Shown: positions 28,476-39,154, counted from the stretch's first letter. The stretch is DNA of 64,000 nt from an uncultured Cyclobacteriaceae bacterium (GCA_965365275.1 CBDUBA010000012.1:986-64985); one strand, 5' to 3'. Numbers and translations are program-made. The notes: generated by a model not told the origin, from the letters alone.

Positions 28476-28922
28476 TTATTCAAATTTAGCTTCTATGGCC
28501 TCATACCTGGCCTTCAAATCCGGATCGTCCTTAATGCCTGACCGGATGGCTTTATATTTACTGGATCCAATAGCATACTTTGCCATAAGATTAATAAGAT
28601 CCTTTGCAGCTTCTTTCCTTTCGTCAATTTCTCCATTGACAGTTTCCAAAAACTTGATCTCCCACTCCTGTGCTTCAATTCCAGCTAGTTTATCGGCATC
28701 ACCTTTTGTGGCCTGTAATTCCGTAAACCGCTGACCGGTCATCCCCTCTTGTTTTGCAATCAAATCATTCACCAGCGGGCTAATGGACGAGGTTATGCTT
28801 TTTACCCCGGCATTGGCTATAGCATAGGCCTTTAAGTCATCATCTGTTATTTCAAGATCCTGGGCATTGGCAAATCCTACCCCGATTACAAAAACAAGGA
28901 AATAGATTAGTTTTTTCATCAT
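28476..28922 (-). CDS. periplasmic hypothetical protein (helical, possibly DUF4168-like)
   Basis: 148 aa with a signal peptide (LIYFLVFVIGVGFANAQ). The mature part is charged and helical. The family assignment is tentative. Confidence 0.7.
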   Translation of the reverse strand: MMKKLIYFLVFVIGVGFANAQDLEITDDDLKAYAIANAGVKSITSSISPLVNDLIAKQEGMTGQRFTELQATKGDADKLAGIEAQEWEIKFLETVNGEIDERKEAAKDLINLMAKYAIGSSKYKAIRSGIKDDPDLKARYEAIEAKFE

Positions 28923-29144
28923 GCAATTAATTTTTATTTTATCAATTTATTTATTTTTTATTAATTCCATTTTTAATTAAGTGCCGAAATAACAAATTTT
29001 TAAATTGAATGGCAAAAGGAAACTAAAAAAAATTGTTTTATAAGTACTTGGTAATTAGCATACTAAATACCTGGAGAATTACAAAAACCACAATGCTTCT
29101 TACTTCCGGGGGGATATACTTATAGGCATTGCATACGATCTTGC

Positions 29145-31544
29145 CTAAAATTTGAGTTTAAATCTGATATTGAAAAATCGCCCGGATAAGGAATTCGGAA
29201 CAGCATAATAGACATTGTTAAAATCTTTTACCCAATAATAACTGACCGGATTATTTCTTCCCGTCAAATTCAAAACTTCAACTCCTAACCATATGGATTC
29301 CAGGAAATTAACCTTTTTCATGAAAAAGATCTTTGATAATCCTATATCAATTCTCTGGTATGATTCTCCTCTAAAAACATTACGGTATTCGATATTATTG
29401 GGTGGGCCGAAAGGTAAGCCAGACGCGTAATTAAGATTAAGGTATACCCGGTAGGTAGGATTTTTTGGAAGATGGTCCTGAAAGAAAATATTAAAATTAA
29501 CCAGCTGGTCGGTTGGCCTTGGTATCATGCCTCTGTCATCAATGGATAGATCTTCTTTTGTAGATAATAATCCTATACTGAACCAGGATTCATCACCAGG
29601 AACAAATTCCCCGCTTACCCTGAAATCAAAACCGGCAGCATAACCATTGGCGACATTATCAGCATAGTACCTGATTCTGACATTATCAATATCATAGGGT
29701 ATAATATCGTTCAGATATTTAAAATATGTTTCTACAGTCAGTTTAAAAGGACGTCCCCAGAAACTAAAATTATAATCCATCCCGGCTATGGCATGATATG
29801 ATTTTTGAGCATCTACTCCAAGGTTGAGACTCCCGTCAAATCTTCTGAATTCCCGGTAAAATGGTTGCTGCTGGTATAATCCCGCCGCGGCGCGGAAAAC
29901 AACATCTCTTTTCCAACTTGGGGAAAAAGAATATTGGATCCTGGGGCTAAACAGAAAATTATCATTAATATCAAGATAGTTTAGGCGAAGCCCATAGGTA
30001 AGCCTGTGTCTGTTATTAAAATTAATGTAGTGCTGAATATAACCTGTCAATACATTTCCTTGTGTATGGTTGTCGGCATCGATGTGTTCGATAATGGTAA
30101 CATAGTCCGCTGAATCGATAAAACTGTATTGCTGGACATGATCGTCAAATTCCTGATAGGCATATCCGATGCCAAAACCCAAATGACTTTTATCTGAAAT
30201 TATAAGTTCATTTCTTAACTCTGCATTTAAGATTTGAGCATTAAGTTTATTTCTTGCGGATTCAAAATCTGTTCCAATACCCCGCAGGCTAATACATTTG
30301 TTAAATGTTTCTGATTCCGGCCTTTTGTCTACGTCACACAATCTGTAACCTGCCTCAACATCATAGTACTCTCTCTCCTGGGTATAATAATTTGAAAAAA
30401 TCAGGTGTGAGCTAAACCTTTCTGTGAACCTGTGTGTTAACTTAAACGCTCCCTGGTAGGTATTGTAATTCAATAAATCCCTTCCGATAAAAGCAACATA
30501 AATATTTAATGGCTGACTGAATGTGCCAAACTCGGTCTCACGGCTTTGGGGCTCTACGGTATACTGATTTTTGGAAAAAGCAAATAATAGACCCAGTTCC
30601 GTTTTTGCGAAGGTTCCAATTTTCTTATTCCCCAGATCAAAATGAAAATAGGATTGAATATCCGTATACCTTGGGTAATATTCTCCTTCCGTTTCCAGTG
30701 TATTTAGAAGATATTCCGATCTTTTATGTCTTGCCCCAATAAGATAGGATATCTTATCTTTTTTAATGCTCCCCCCTATATGGAAGGTCCCTCCCAGCAA
30801 TCCCATAGCCAGGGAACCGTTAAAGGTTTTAGGTTTCTGATATGTTACATTGAGACTGGAAGAAAGTGCGTCACCATATTCCGGCTGCCAACCCCCGGAT
30901 GAGAAATTAACTTCCTGTGTTAGGTCCGGGTTAACAAAACTCAGGCCTTCCTGTTCCCCCGACCGTGTCAGGAAGGGCCGGTATACAGGTATATCGTTTA
31001 CATAGACCAGGTTTTCATCAAAATTACCTCCTCTTACAGAGTATGTGCTGGAAAGTTCATTATTACTCACCACACCCGGCAGTGTGACAAGTACCTGGTT
31101 AAAATCATTAAAAGGTGTCGGCAAATATTCAATATTTCTGGGTTCTATAGTATAGACACTTACCTGATCTCGAACTACATCACCAGGACCTGAGGTAATA
31201 GAAATACTATCCAGCACCCTGAGTCTCTGACTTAAGATCGCATCATTCCTTTTCCTTTCACCTGCTTCAAGCTGCAGGGTATCCTTATAAATTTCATAAT
31301 TAATATGTTGTATGATAAAAGTAAAATCCACGCTTGACGGCAGTGATAATTCATAATATCCCACACTATCGGTGGTAGTACCAGTACTGAATTCCGGAAT
31401 GGAGATTGAAGCTGTTTGGACCGGGTTATTCAAGGAATCTTTGATGGTTCCATACAGAATGCCTTGTTGTGCTATAAGCATTACAGGCATCATACTTAAA
31501 CATAGAAGTACAATAGAAAATTTAATGGAAAAAAGACCTTTCAC
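29145..31544 (-). CDS. TonB-dependent receptor with an N-terminal carboxypeptidase-regulatory-like domain
   Basis: Signal peptide, then a CarboxypepD_reg pattern (GILYGTIKDSLNNPVQTASISIPEFSTGTTTDSVGYYEL), a plug region, a long barrel, and a C-terminal aromatic residue (FKLKF). Confidence 0.9.
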   Translation of the reverse strand: MKGLFSIKFSIVLLCLSMMPVMLIAQQGILYGTIKDSLNNPVQTASISIPEFSTGTTTDSVGYYELSLPSSVDFTFIIQHINYEIYKDTLQLEAGERKRNDAILSQRLRVLDSISITSGPGDVVRDQVSVYTIEPRNIEYLPTPFNDFNQVLVTLPGVVSNNELSSTYSVRGGNFDENLVYVNDIPVYRPFLTRSGEQEGLSFVNPDLTQEVNFSSGGWQPEYGDALSSSLNVTYQKPKTFNGSLAMGLLGGTFHIGGSIKKDKISYLIGARHKRSEYLLNTLETEGEYYPRYTDIQSYFHFDLGNKKIGTFAKTELGLLFAFSKNQYTVEPQSRETEFGTFSQPLNIYVAFIGRDLLNYNTYQGAFKLTHRFTERFSSHLIFSNYYTQEREYYDVEAGYRLCDVDKRPESETFNKCISLRGIGTDFESARNKLNAQILNAELRNELIISDKSHLGFGIGYAYQEFDDHVQQYSFIDSADYVTIIEHIDADNHTQGNVLTGYIQHYINFNNRHRLTYGLRLNYLDINDNFLFSPRIQYSFSPSWKRDVVFRAAAGLYQQQPFYREFRRFDGSLNLGVDAQKSYHAIAGMDYNFSFWGRPFKLTVETYFKYLNDIIPYDIDNVRIRYYADNVANGYAAGFDFRVSGEFVPGDESWFSIGLLSTKEDLSIDDRGMIPRPTDQLVNFNIFFQDHLPKNPTYRVYLNLNYASGLPFGPPNNIEYRNVFRGESYQRIDIGLSKIFFMKKVNFLESIWLGVEVLNLTGRNNPVSYYWVKDFNNVYYAVPNSLSGRFFNIRFKLKF

Positions 31545-31554
31545 CCCTGAAGTA

Positions 31555-32205
31555 TCAAACTGTATTTTTTAATACATTTATTGTTTTTACCGGGTTTTCT
31601 GATTTGAACACAAAAGTTCCAGCTACAAATACATCAACGCCAGCATCGTGCAATTGTTTTATGTTATCCGTTGAAACACCACCATCTACCTGTATTAAAA
31701 GCTCAGGATTCAATTCTTTCGATAGAGTTCTTAGGTCTTTTACTTTTTCATATGAAGAATTAATAAAATTCTGGCCACCAAATCCCGGATTAACGGTCAT
31801 AATAAGGACCATGTCCAGATCTTTAATAATAGGCTTAAGAAGACCAACATCAGTGTGTGGATTGAGCGCTACCCCGGCTTTTGCACCTGTATTTTTTATC
31901 TGCTGGACTGTGCTGTGTAAATGTGGGCACGCTTCATAATGAACGGTAATCAAATATGCTCCTGCCTCTGCAAATCTTTCTATATATTTTTCAGGATTAA
32001 CGATCATCAAGTGGACATCAAGAGGTTTATCTGAGCATGAATGAATTGATTTAATTATTGAGAATCCAAATGAAATATTTGGGACAAAAACACCATCCAT
32101 AATATCCAGATGGATCCAATCAGCCTCACTCTTGTTGATCAATTCAATTTGTGATCTTAAATTTAAAAAATCAGCATTTAAAATTGAGGGCGATATAATA
32201 ACCAT
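31555..32205 (-). CDS. rpe: ribulose-phosphate 3-epimerase
   Basis: PSILNADF...HLDIMDG.FVPNISFG...DVHLM...MTVNPGFGGQ.F are hallmark RPE motifs. The length is 216 aa. Confidence 0.95.
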   Translation of the reverse strand: MVIISPSILNADFLNLRSQIELINKSEADWIHLDIMDGVFVPNISFGFSIIKSIHSCSDKPLDVHLMIVNPEKYIERFAEAGAYLITVHYEACPHLHSTVQQIKNTGAKAGVALNPHTDVGLLKPIIKDLDMVLIMTVNPGFGGQNFINSSYEKVKDLRTLSKELNPELLIQVDGGVSTDNIKQLHDAGVDVFVAGTFVFKSENPVKTINVLKNTV

Positions 32206-32230
32206 TGTCAGAGAAGTTTAAATAAAAAAA

Positions 32231-33880
32231 TCAGGGAATCAGGATTTTAACCTTTCCACTATCCTTTCCTGAATGTAAGTGTAAAACGTAAATTCCTGAG
32301 GATAGCTTTTTCAGGTCAAGTTCAAATCTGCTTCCACTTTTTACCTTTTCAGCTCTATGTGCGAATACCATTGAACCATTTATATCAAATATCTCGATAT
32401 CTATGACACGGACGACTGATTTGTCTCCTGTCAGTTCAACAAATAACCTGTGATCTTCTACAGGATTTGGGTAGATCTTATACCCCTTATCAGAAAGATC
32501 ATCGTCAATGGAAGTTATTTCAGATCTAATTGCAATAAAATCAGGGATCCCATACCCGATCAATGTATCCGGAGTATTATATTGTGTACTACCCTTTTTA
32601 ATCAACTCAATGATCTCCATATTATTCAGATCAGGATATGCCTGCCATACTCCGGCAGCTAATCCTGCTACTAGGGGAGCCGCGTACGATGTTCCTGATC
32701 CGTAAGTCAGGGAACCATTCCAGCCAACTATACTTGTTCCTTTACCAAGTGCACTGACTTCGGGTTTTATCCGGTCGTCAGCCGTTGGTCCCGTTGAACT
32801 GAAAATTTGATATTCCGCATTTTCATTTACAGCTCCTACTGCAAGTACGGAATCCGCATCAGCTGGCGCAACCATTTTTCCCCATAACTCATCATCACCC
32901 TCATTGCCTACGCTGACAACACATAATATTCCTTTTGAAGATGCGATGTCATTTGCCTGAGTAATTATTGCAGTATTCCCATCCATATCCTGGTAGTTAT
33001 AATCCATTGAGGGATCGTCAAAGAAATTATATCCTAAGGAAGTGTTTATAATATCCACACCTATACTATCTGCATATTCTGCTGCAAACAGCCAATTATA
33101 CTCTTCAATAATATATTCAGTAGGCACATCTTCTGTTACGCAGAGAATTACATCCGCATCCGGGGCTACCCCAACAAATTCGTCTTCAAGGTGTGCTGTT
33201 ATTGTCGAAAGCACACTTGTTCCATGATCATCATATCTGTATATATTATCTGAGTTCTCAACAAAATCCCATACAGCCACAACCTGGTTATTATCATACA
33301 TCCTCGTAAAATATGGGCTAATATTGGTGCCGATAAATCCGGCATCAAATACAGCTATAATTTTTCCCTGTCCTGAAAATCCAGCAGCGTGCATTTCGCC
33401 TGCGCCGATCATATCATTCTGGATAGCATTAGTTAGTTCTTCTGTTTCCGCAGTGCGATTAAGGTATTCTGTTGTTGATGATTCATAAACTGATTCATAG
33501 GTCAGCCGTTGACCGGGTGCAACAAATTGCACTTCCGTTACAAATGCCAATTGTTCAATCTCTGTAATCCTGGATTCATGTGCTTCTATAAGCACGCCGT
33601 TAAGCCATTTAGTCTGGTAAAAAACACGTACGCTATCAATGCTGTTCAGTGCATTTACATAAAGATTATTGACCGGGAGATCCTGTAAGTTAACAGGGAT
33701 GTTATATTTAATCCTTCTTTGTATAGCTCTTTCGGATAAATAAGCTTTGGGATTATCCAATGTGTAAACAGATTCAGATTTAGTATCAAAAAACACCATG
33801 TATCTGTTCACCTGTGCTGACACCTGGTTAAAGGATACCATGCACATAATTAAAATCATTACCATTTTACTCGTTCCCAT
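32231..33880 (-). CDS. S8 family serine peptidase (subtilase) with a T9SS C-terminal sorting domain
   Basis: Catalytic triad contexts are VFDAGF (D), HGTSVLS (H) and GTSYAAPLVAG (S). It has an N-terminal I9-like propeptide. The last ~80 aa (YKIYPNPVEDHRLFVEL...SGIYVLHLHSG...VKILIP) match the Por secretion tail pattern. Confidence 0.9.
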   Translation of the reverse strand: MGTSKMVMILIMCMVSFNQVSAQVNRYMVFFDTKSESVYTLDNPKAYLSERAIQRRIKYNIPVNLQDLPVNNLYVNALNSIDSVRVFYQTKWLNGVLIEAHESRITEIEQLAFVTEVQFVAPGQRLTYESVYESSTTEYLNRTAETEELTNAIQNDMIGAGEMHAAGFSGQGKIIAVFDAGFIGTNISPYFTRMYDNNQVVAVWDFVENSDNIYRYDDHGTSVLSTITAHLEDEFVGVAPDADVILCVTEDVPTEYIIEEYNWLFAAEYADSIGVDIINTSLGYNFFDDPSMDYNYQDMDGNTAIITQANDIASSKGILCVVSVGNEGDDELWGKMVAPADADSVLAVGAVNENAEYQIFSSTGPTADDRIKPEVSALGKGTSIVGWNGSLTYGSGTSYAAPLVAGLAAGVWQAYPDLNNMEIIELIKKGSTQYNTPDTLIGYGIPDFIAIRSEITSIDDDLSDKGYKIYPNPVEDHRLFVELTGDKSVVRVIDIEIFDINGSMVFAHRAEKVKSGSRFELDLKKLSSGIYVLHLHSGKDSGKVKILIP

Positions 33881-34625
33881 ACCCTATCAATTCCTGTCTA
33901 AAGTCGATGCCTTGTTCTATAATTTGTTTTCCAAGACATTCATTTTCAGTGCAATAGTGCAAAATAATAGATTCTTTAGAAATAAGACCTACATTCTCAG
34001 CATAAATTTCACTTCTCTGATCCCACATTACTATGGAGTCCGGGTTATATTCCTGAATTACATTCAACGTAGAGTTAAAATCAGTCCCATTCAAAGTAAG
34101 AGGCTGATAGACATCTTCGTAGATATAGAGCTCTTCTTCCAAAATATTAAAAGCATTTCCATCCCATCTCTTTTGCTCTAATACCGGAAACACCAATTTA
34201 GTAAAAGGAATATTATTCTCGCTGACGACAACATTGGTTTCGGATTTGATGACAGTCCATACAGAATCAATTTCCCAAGGCATAGTATCATCCTTTCTTT
34301 TAAACCTATTCAGTGTATAGGTTGTGCTGCCTGCCTGGTTGATATAAGGCTCACCCACTTGTTCCTTGAGGAAATAATTAACCGTATCTGGCAGATTCAG
34401 AAGTGTGTATTTGATTTGCCGAACCTTATATTCCCTGTATTCTCCTGTTATCAAAGGATAAAAAGCTTGTCCGGATGCCTCTTGATCGAATTCTATAGTT
34501 GATTCACATCCAATTGTCAAGAGCAGGATTACGCCCGAAAAGGTGGCAAATAACTTGTTTATTATAGGTTTATTTCTGGCTGCTTTCAAATCTCTTGACT
34601 GGAAGTATCTTGCAAAGATAATCAA
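33867..34625 (-). CDS. hypothetical lipoprotein
   Basis: 252 aa with a lipobox (LLLTIGC). Its only available start is a TTG that overlaps the nupC stop by 4 nt, and its 3' end overlaps the subtilase start by 14 nt. Confidence 0.65.
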   Translation of the reverse strand: MIIFARYFQSRDLKAARNKPIINKLFATFSGVILLLTIGCESTIEFDQEASGQAFYPLITGEYREYKVRQIKYTLLNLPDTVNYFLKEQVGEPYINQAGSTTYTLNRFKRKDDTMPWEIDSVWTVIKSETNVVVSENNIPFTKLVFPVLEQKRWDGNAFNILEEELYIYEDVYQPLTLNGTDFNSTLNVIQEYNPDSIVMWDQRSEIYAENVGLISKESIILHYCTENECLGKQIIEQGIDFRQELIGYGNE

Positions 34626-35911
34626 ACCATAATGGCCCCTGCAATAGTTGCAGTCATTAATGTTGCGAGGGTTGCTGCGAGAAGAGCTTTCATGCCTAAT
34701 CTGGAGAGATCAGCCTGTCTGTTTGGTGCAATTCCTCCTATTCCTCCCACCTGGATTGCAATACTGCTGAAATTTGAGAAACCGCACAATGCATAAGTAG
34801 CAATGATAACAGATTTATCACTTAACATATCATCTCTAAGCAAACCGCTTAAACTCTCATAGGCCACGAATTCATTAATAACTGTTTTTTGCCCGATCAA
34901 ACTACCTACCTGAAGCGTTTCGGACCAGTCCACACCGATGGCAAAGGCAAAAATCCTGAATACCTGACCTAAAAGATATTCCAGTGACAAGCCGCTGAAT
35001 TGACCGTCAGTATTTGATATTATAATTTCATTAAGCCCGGTCCAGGCTCCGATCATATCTCTTAGTATATAGTTTAACAAAAATATAATGGCAATGAAGG
35101 CGAGTAACATGGCACCGATGTTCAGAGCCAGTTTCAATCCCTCGGATGCACCTTTGGCAAGGGCATCGATCAGGTTAACACCCATTTGTTCCTTTGATAC
35201 CGAAAGGTCTTTGTCAATCTTTTCGAAATCCCTTTCCGGGATTAATATTTTTGACATCACAATGGCCGCAGGAGCATTCATTATAGAAGCACTTAAAAGG
35301 TAAGCAGCAAAACGTGCCTGTTCTGCCGGGTCATCTCCGCCTAAGAACGTAACATATCCGGCAAGTACACCCCCGGCGATAGTAGCCATTCCTCCAGTCA
35401 TGAGACACATCAGTTCTGATTTGGTCATTTTTGATATGAATGGCTTAACGAGCAATGGTGCCTCAGTTTGACCAAGGAATATATTTCCTGCAGCAGAAAG
35501 GCTCTCCGCTCCTGAGAGGCGCATGGTTCGAACCATTATCCAGGCAATTCCTTTTACTATAAATTGCAATACACCAAGATAATAGAGGCCTGTAGATATG
35601 GATGCAAAGAAGATTACAGTAGGTAGTACTCTGAAGGCAAAAATATAACCGTAATCAGTTCGGGCCAATCCATTGAACAAAAATTGTGCTCCATCATTCG
35701 AAAAACTGAGCAGTTTTACGAAACCACGACTGATCAGGTCAAACATGCTCTCCACGAAAGGTACCTGGGTTATAAGGATCCCGAACACTAATTGCAGGCC
35801 AACCCCCATGCCAACAAGCTTCCAGTCAATGTGCTTTTTATCCCTCGAGAAGGCATATGCAACTAAAAGCAAAAAGACCAGGCCAAATAAACCCCTAAGA
35901 ATTCCCACCAT
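34622..35911 (-). CDS. nupC: NupC/NupG-family concentrative nucleoside transporter
   Basis: 429 aa and polytopic. It carries CNT-family conserved stretches (GNIFLGQTEAPLLVKP, MTGGMATIAGGVLAGY, NEFVAY, CGFSNFSSIAIQVGG). Confidence 0.92.
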   Translation of the reverse strand: MVGILRGLFGLVFLLLVAYAFSRDKKHIDWKLVGMGVGLQLVFGILITQVPFVESMFDLISRGFVKLLSFSNDGAQFLFNGLARTDYGYIFAFRVLPTVIFFASISTGLYYLGVLQFIVKGIAWIMVRTMRLSGAESLSAAGNIFLGQTEAPLLVKPFISKMTKSELMCLMTGGMATIAGGVLAGYVTFLGGDDPAEQARFAAYLLSASIMNAPAAIVMSKILIPERDFEKIDKDLSVSKEQMGVNLIDALAKGASEGLKLALNIGAMLLAFIAIIFLLNYILRDMIGAWTGLNEIIISNTDGQFSGLSLEYLLGQVFRIFAFAIGVDWSETLQVGSLIGQKTVINEFVAYESLSGLLRDDMLSDKSVIIATYALCGFSNFSSIAIQVGGIGGIAPNRQADLSRLGMKALLAATLATLMTATIAGAIMV

Positions 35912-35924
35912 GTTTGATTATTGA

Positions 35925-36530
35925 TTAATTTCTTCTATTCAACTCATCGCGGATCTTGGCAGCTTTCTCGTAGTCTTCCTCTTCCAAAGCTTTATTCAAC
36001 ATTTCCTTTAATTTATCATATGAATGATCTTTCAAAGGTTTTTCTTCAGGAGCTGTTGAGGCTTTGGGTTCATCTTTTTTGATCTCAGCGGTTAAATCAG
36101 AGGCTTCATCTTCGGACTCCTCAGTAAGGATGATGCCCGCATCTGTCATGATTTTTTCATAGGTGTAGATTGGAGCATTAAACCTCAGGCCAATAGCAAT
36201 CGCATCAGAAGGACGGGCATCGATTTCTACAGTCTTACTATCATTTTCACAAACTATTTTAGCAAAGAACACACCTTCCTTCAAGTCGGAAATTACGATC
36301 TCTTTAATCGTATAGTTAAAAGAATGTCCAAATGATTTAAACAGATCGTGGGTCATTGGACGATTCGGGATAATTTTTTCGATTTCTATCGCGATGGCCT
36401 GAGCCTCAAACATACCTATTATAATCGGCAGTCGCCTGTTCCCTTCCGTTTCTCCAAGCACTAAAGCAAAAGATCCTGATTGGGATTGGCTCGATGATAA
36501 CCCCAGTATTTCCAGTTGAATTTTTTCCAC
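35925..36530 (-). CDS. bifunctional nuclease family protein (DUF151) with a C-terminal UVR motif
   Basis: It has the DUF151 pattern (RRLPIIIGMFEAQAIA...RPMTHDL...DARPSDAIAIGLRF) and a C-terminal UvrB/UvrC-like helix (EEDYEKAAKIRDEL). Confidence 0.85.
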   Translation of the reverse strand: MEKIQLEILGLSSSQSQSGSFALVLGETEGNRRLPIIIGMFEAQAIAIEIEKIIPNRPMTHDLFKSFGHSFNYTIKEIVISDLKEGVFFAKIVCENDSKTVEIDARPSDAIAIGLRFNAPIYTYEKIMTDAGIILTEESEDEASDLTAEIKKDEPKASTAPEEKPLKDHSYDKLKEMLNKALEEEDYEKAAKIRDELNRRN

Positions 36531-36539
36531 TACAAAAAA

Positions 36540-37505
36540 TTATTTATTTTCTCGAATAACTTCAATTAACTTAGGTACTACTTCAAAAGCATCTCCTACT
36601 ATTCCATAATCAGCATTTTTAAAAAATGGTGCTTCAGGATCATTGTTAATAACAACGATTACTTTCGAAGAACTTACTCCGGCCAAATGCTGGATAGCTC
36701 CTGATATTCCAATTGCAATATACAAATTTGGTGCTACTTTTATACCGGTTTGACCAACATGTTCGTGATGTGGTCTCCATCCTACATCTGATACCGGTTT
36801 GCTGCAACCAATGGCAGCTCCCAGTACTTCAGCAAGTTCTTCAACCATACTCCAATTTTCAGGACCTTTCAAGCCCCTTCCCGCGGAGACAACAATATCT
36901 GCTTCGGGTAAAAGGACCTTTCCTGTAGTTCTATCTGTTCCGGTTATTTTTGCATCTATCAAATCAGGATTCAATTTCAAATCTGATATTTCAATAGATG
37001 CATTTTTCTGGTTTTCAATTAAACCAATCGCATTTCTTTTGATTGAAATTACTTTTTTCGGAGAGGTCAGAATCAGGTTCTCGAAAGCCTTTCCAGAATA
37101 AATACTTCGTTTTACAGAGAATTCAGTTCCTGCAACAGGCAATTCTGCCACATTTGTAGCTATACTGGCGTTTTGTAAAACAGCGATTTTAGCTGCAATT
37201 GGATCGGCAAGAGCAGATTGAGCTGTAATGTAAATATCCCCTGATTCATTGTTCATAATATCGTTCAGGGCATGGGCATATACATTTATCACAGCCTGGT
37301 CAAAAGCCTGGTCTTCTACATGAATCAATTTATCACATCCGTACAATCCGGCTTTAGTCCCCTGAGATGATTCCAGCGTTCCGAAAACCACACAAACAAC
37401 CTTTGCGTTAACAGTTTTTGACAATTCACCTGCGTAGGATATCGCCTCCAGGCTTGTATTCCTGATACTTGATCCTTCTTTTTCTAAAAATACAATTATG
37501 GACAT
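36540..37505 (-). CDS. etfA: electron transfer flavoprotein subunit alpha
   Basis: The C-terminal FAD-binding region (VVSAGRG...GQTG..V.P.LYIAIGISGAIQHLAG...VVINNDPEAPFF..ADYGIVGD) is diagnostic. Confidence 0.93.
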   Translation of the reverse strand: MSIIVFLEKEGSSIRNTSLEAISYAGELSKTVNAKVVCVVFGTLESSQGTKAGLYGCDKLIHVEDQAFDQAVINVYAHALNDIMNNESGDIYITAQSALADPIAAKIAVLQNASIATNVAELPVAGTEFSVKRSIYSGKAFENLILTSPKKVISIKRNAIGLIENQKNASIEISDLKLNPDLIDAKITGTDRTTGKVLLPEADIVVSAGRGLKGPENWSMVEELAEVLGAAIGCSKPVSDVGWRPHHEHVGQTGIKVAPNLYIAIGISGAIQHLAGVSSSKVIVVINNDPEAPFFKNADYGIVGDAFEVVPKLIEVIRENK

Positions 37506-37514
37506 TATACTTAT

Positions 37515-38252
37515 TTAAATCACTTTTGCTTCATTCCTTAACAAATCATGAAGTTTTTCAACTTCATCGGGATCAATTAGTTGAATGCCTCCTTTTTCTT
37601 TGGGAAGCTCAAAATTGTTATTTGCCGACCGGGATTCAGATTCATATTCTTCAATAACTTCAAATGGTTTTGTCCGGGCCGTCATTATCCCCCGCATATT
37701 GGGGATCTTCCATTCGGCAATGGGCTCCTGACAACCCGCGATCAAGGGTAAAGTGGTTTCAAGGTACTCCTTACCTCCTTCAATTTCCCGGGTCATTTTA
37801 ACAGCTGAATCATTAATTTCAAGTTGCATAACCGGAGAAAAAGCAGGGATCCCCAGCATTTGACCTACGAGTGAATGCACAATACCACCATTGAAATCAA
37901 TAGATTCCCTGCCCATCAATATAAGGTCATAGTTTGCACTTTTAATGTGACCTGCTATCTGTGAAGCCACAAAATAGGTATCTATTGGATCTGCATCTAT
38001 CCTTATTGCCTCATCTGCACCAATTGCAAGCGCCCTTCGCAGGCTTGGATCAGATTCAGATCTGCCCACATTCAAGACAGTGACATGTGCATTATTCGAA
38101 GATTTTAAATCAACGGCTTTCGATATTGCATAATCTTCATAGGGCCCGATTATATACTGCACATTAGTGCTGTCAAATTTTGTATTGTTCTCTGAAAAAG
38201 CAATTTTTGACGTTGTGTCGGGTACATGGGTTATACAAACCAGAATTTTCAT
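37515..38252 (-). CDS. etfB: electron transfer flavoprotein subunit beta
   Basis: MKILVCI..VPDT... and DLILMGRESID.N.G are typical of EtfB. It lies 9 nt upstream of etfA. Confidence 0.93.
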   Translation of the reverse strand: MKILVCITHVPDTTSKIAFSENNTKFDSTNVQYIIGPYEDYAISKAVDLKSSNNAHVTVLNVGRSESDPSLRRALAIGADEAIRIDADPIDTYFVASQIAGHIKSANYDLILMGRESIDFNGGIVHSLVGQMLGIPAFSPVMQLEINDSAVKMTREIEGGKEYLETTLPLIAGCQEPIAEWKIPNMRGIMTARTKPFEVIEEYESESRSANNNFELPKEKGGIQLIDPDEVEKLHDLLRNEAKVI

Positions 38253-38329
38253 AAATCATAAGATTTTATTCAAATTTATACCACCTGATTAAGATAAGGA
38301 ACTATAATCCAAATTAAAATTATTCCATA

Positions 38330-38656
38330 ATGAATGATAGAATAAATGAGTTAAAAAATCTACTTGCTGATGATCCGCATGATTCATTTTTACATTACGT
38401 ATTAGGTTTGGAGTATGTCAAGGCAGGCGATGTTGAGCTGGCGCTGAAAAAATTTGAAATGCTATTGCAAGAACATCCTGATTATCTTCCGGTTTATTAC
38501 CAGGCAGCCCATCTTTACCTTGAAAATAATGACAGGGAAAATGCTGAAATCGTTTTTAAAAAGGGAATTGCCTTGGCAAATAAACTTGGAGATTACAAAA
38601 CTCACCAGGAACTTAAGAATGCTTACAACAATCTTCTTTATGAAGAGAATGAATAA
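38330..38656 (+). CDS. small TPR-like protein
   Basis: 108 aa with two or three TPR-like helical pairs (FLHYVLGLEYVKAGDVELALKKFEMLLQEHPDYLPVYYQAAHLY). Confidence 0.75.
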   Translation: MNDRINELKNLLADDPHDSFLHYVLGLEYVKAGDVELALKKFEMLLQEHPDYLPVYYQAAHLYLENNDRENAEIVFKKGIALANKLGDYKTHQELKNAYNNLLYEENE

Positions 38657-38685
38657 TAATAAGTCTTATTCGAATGGGATTATAT

Positions 38686-38714
38686 AAAAAAAAAGCCAGA
38701 TACTTGATCTGGCT
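38686..38714 (-). terminator. rho-independent terminator after rplT
   Basis: agccagat-acttg-atctggct is a perfect 8-bp stem. The A9 run on the + strand gives a U-run on the - strand transcript, 22 nt past the rplT stop. Confidence 0.85.
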
Positions 38715-38735
38715 ATACTTTACTCTTAAATAATA

Positions 38736-39083
38736 TTACTTCTTGACTTTTTCTACAATAGCTTTAAAGGCCTCCGGGTGATTCATAGCCAGGTCGGCCA
38801 AGACTTTTCTGTCAATTTCTATACCTGATTCTTTCAGGCCACCCATAAACTTGGAATAAGATAATCCATACTCACGGACACCAGCATTTATACGCTGGAT
38901 CCATAATTTTCGAAATTCTCTCTTTTTTGCTTTACGGTCCCTGTAGGCATAAGTCCATCCTTTTTCAACAGCGTTTTTTGCTACTGTCCAGACATTTTTT
39001 CTTCTTCCCCAATAGCCTTTGGCGTGTTTGAGGACTTTTTTTCTTCTTGCTTTTGAAGCTGAATTGTTAACTGATCTTGGCAT
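38736..39083 (-). CDS. rplT: 50S ribosomal protein L20
   Basis: [30 protein letters not shown]... is the canonical L20 N-terminus. The length is 115 aa. Confidence 0.97.
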   Translation of the reverse strand: MPRSVNNSASKARRKKVLKHAKGYWGRRKNVWTVAKNAVEKGWTYAYRDRKAKKREFRKLWIQRINAGVREYGLSYSKFMGGLKESGIEIDRKVLADLAMNHPEAFKAIVEKVKK

Positions 39084-39154
39084 TTTTTTTCGTTTTTGGC
39101 TGTTGGTGCCCTACTAGGGTCTTACGTACCAAAAGCCGGGTTACACATTAAACC

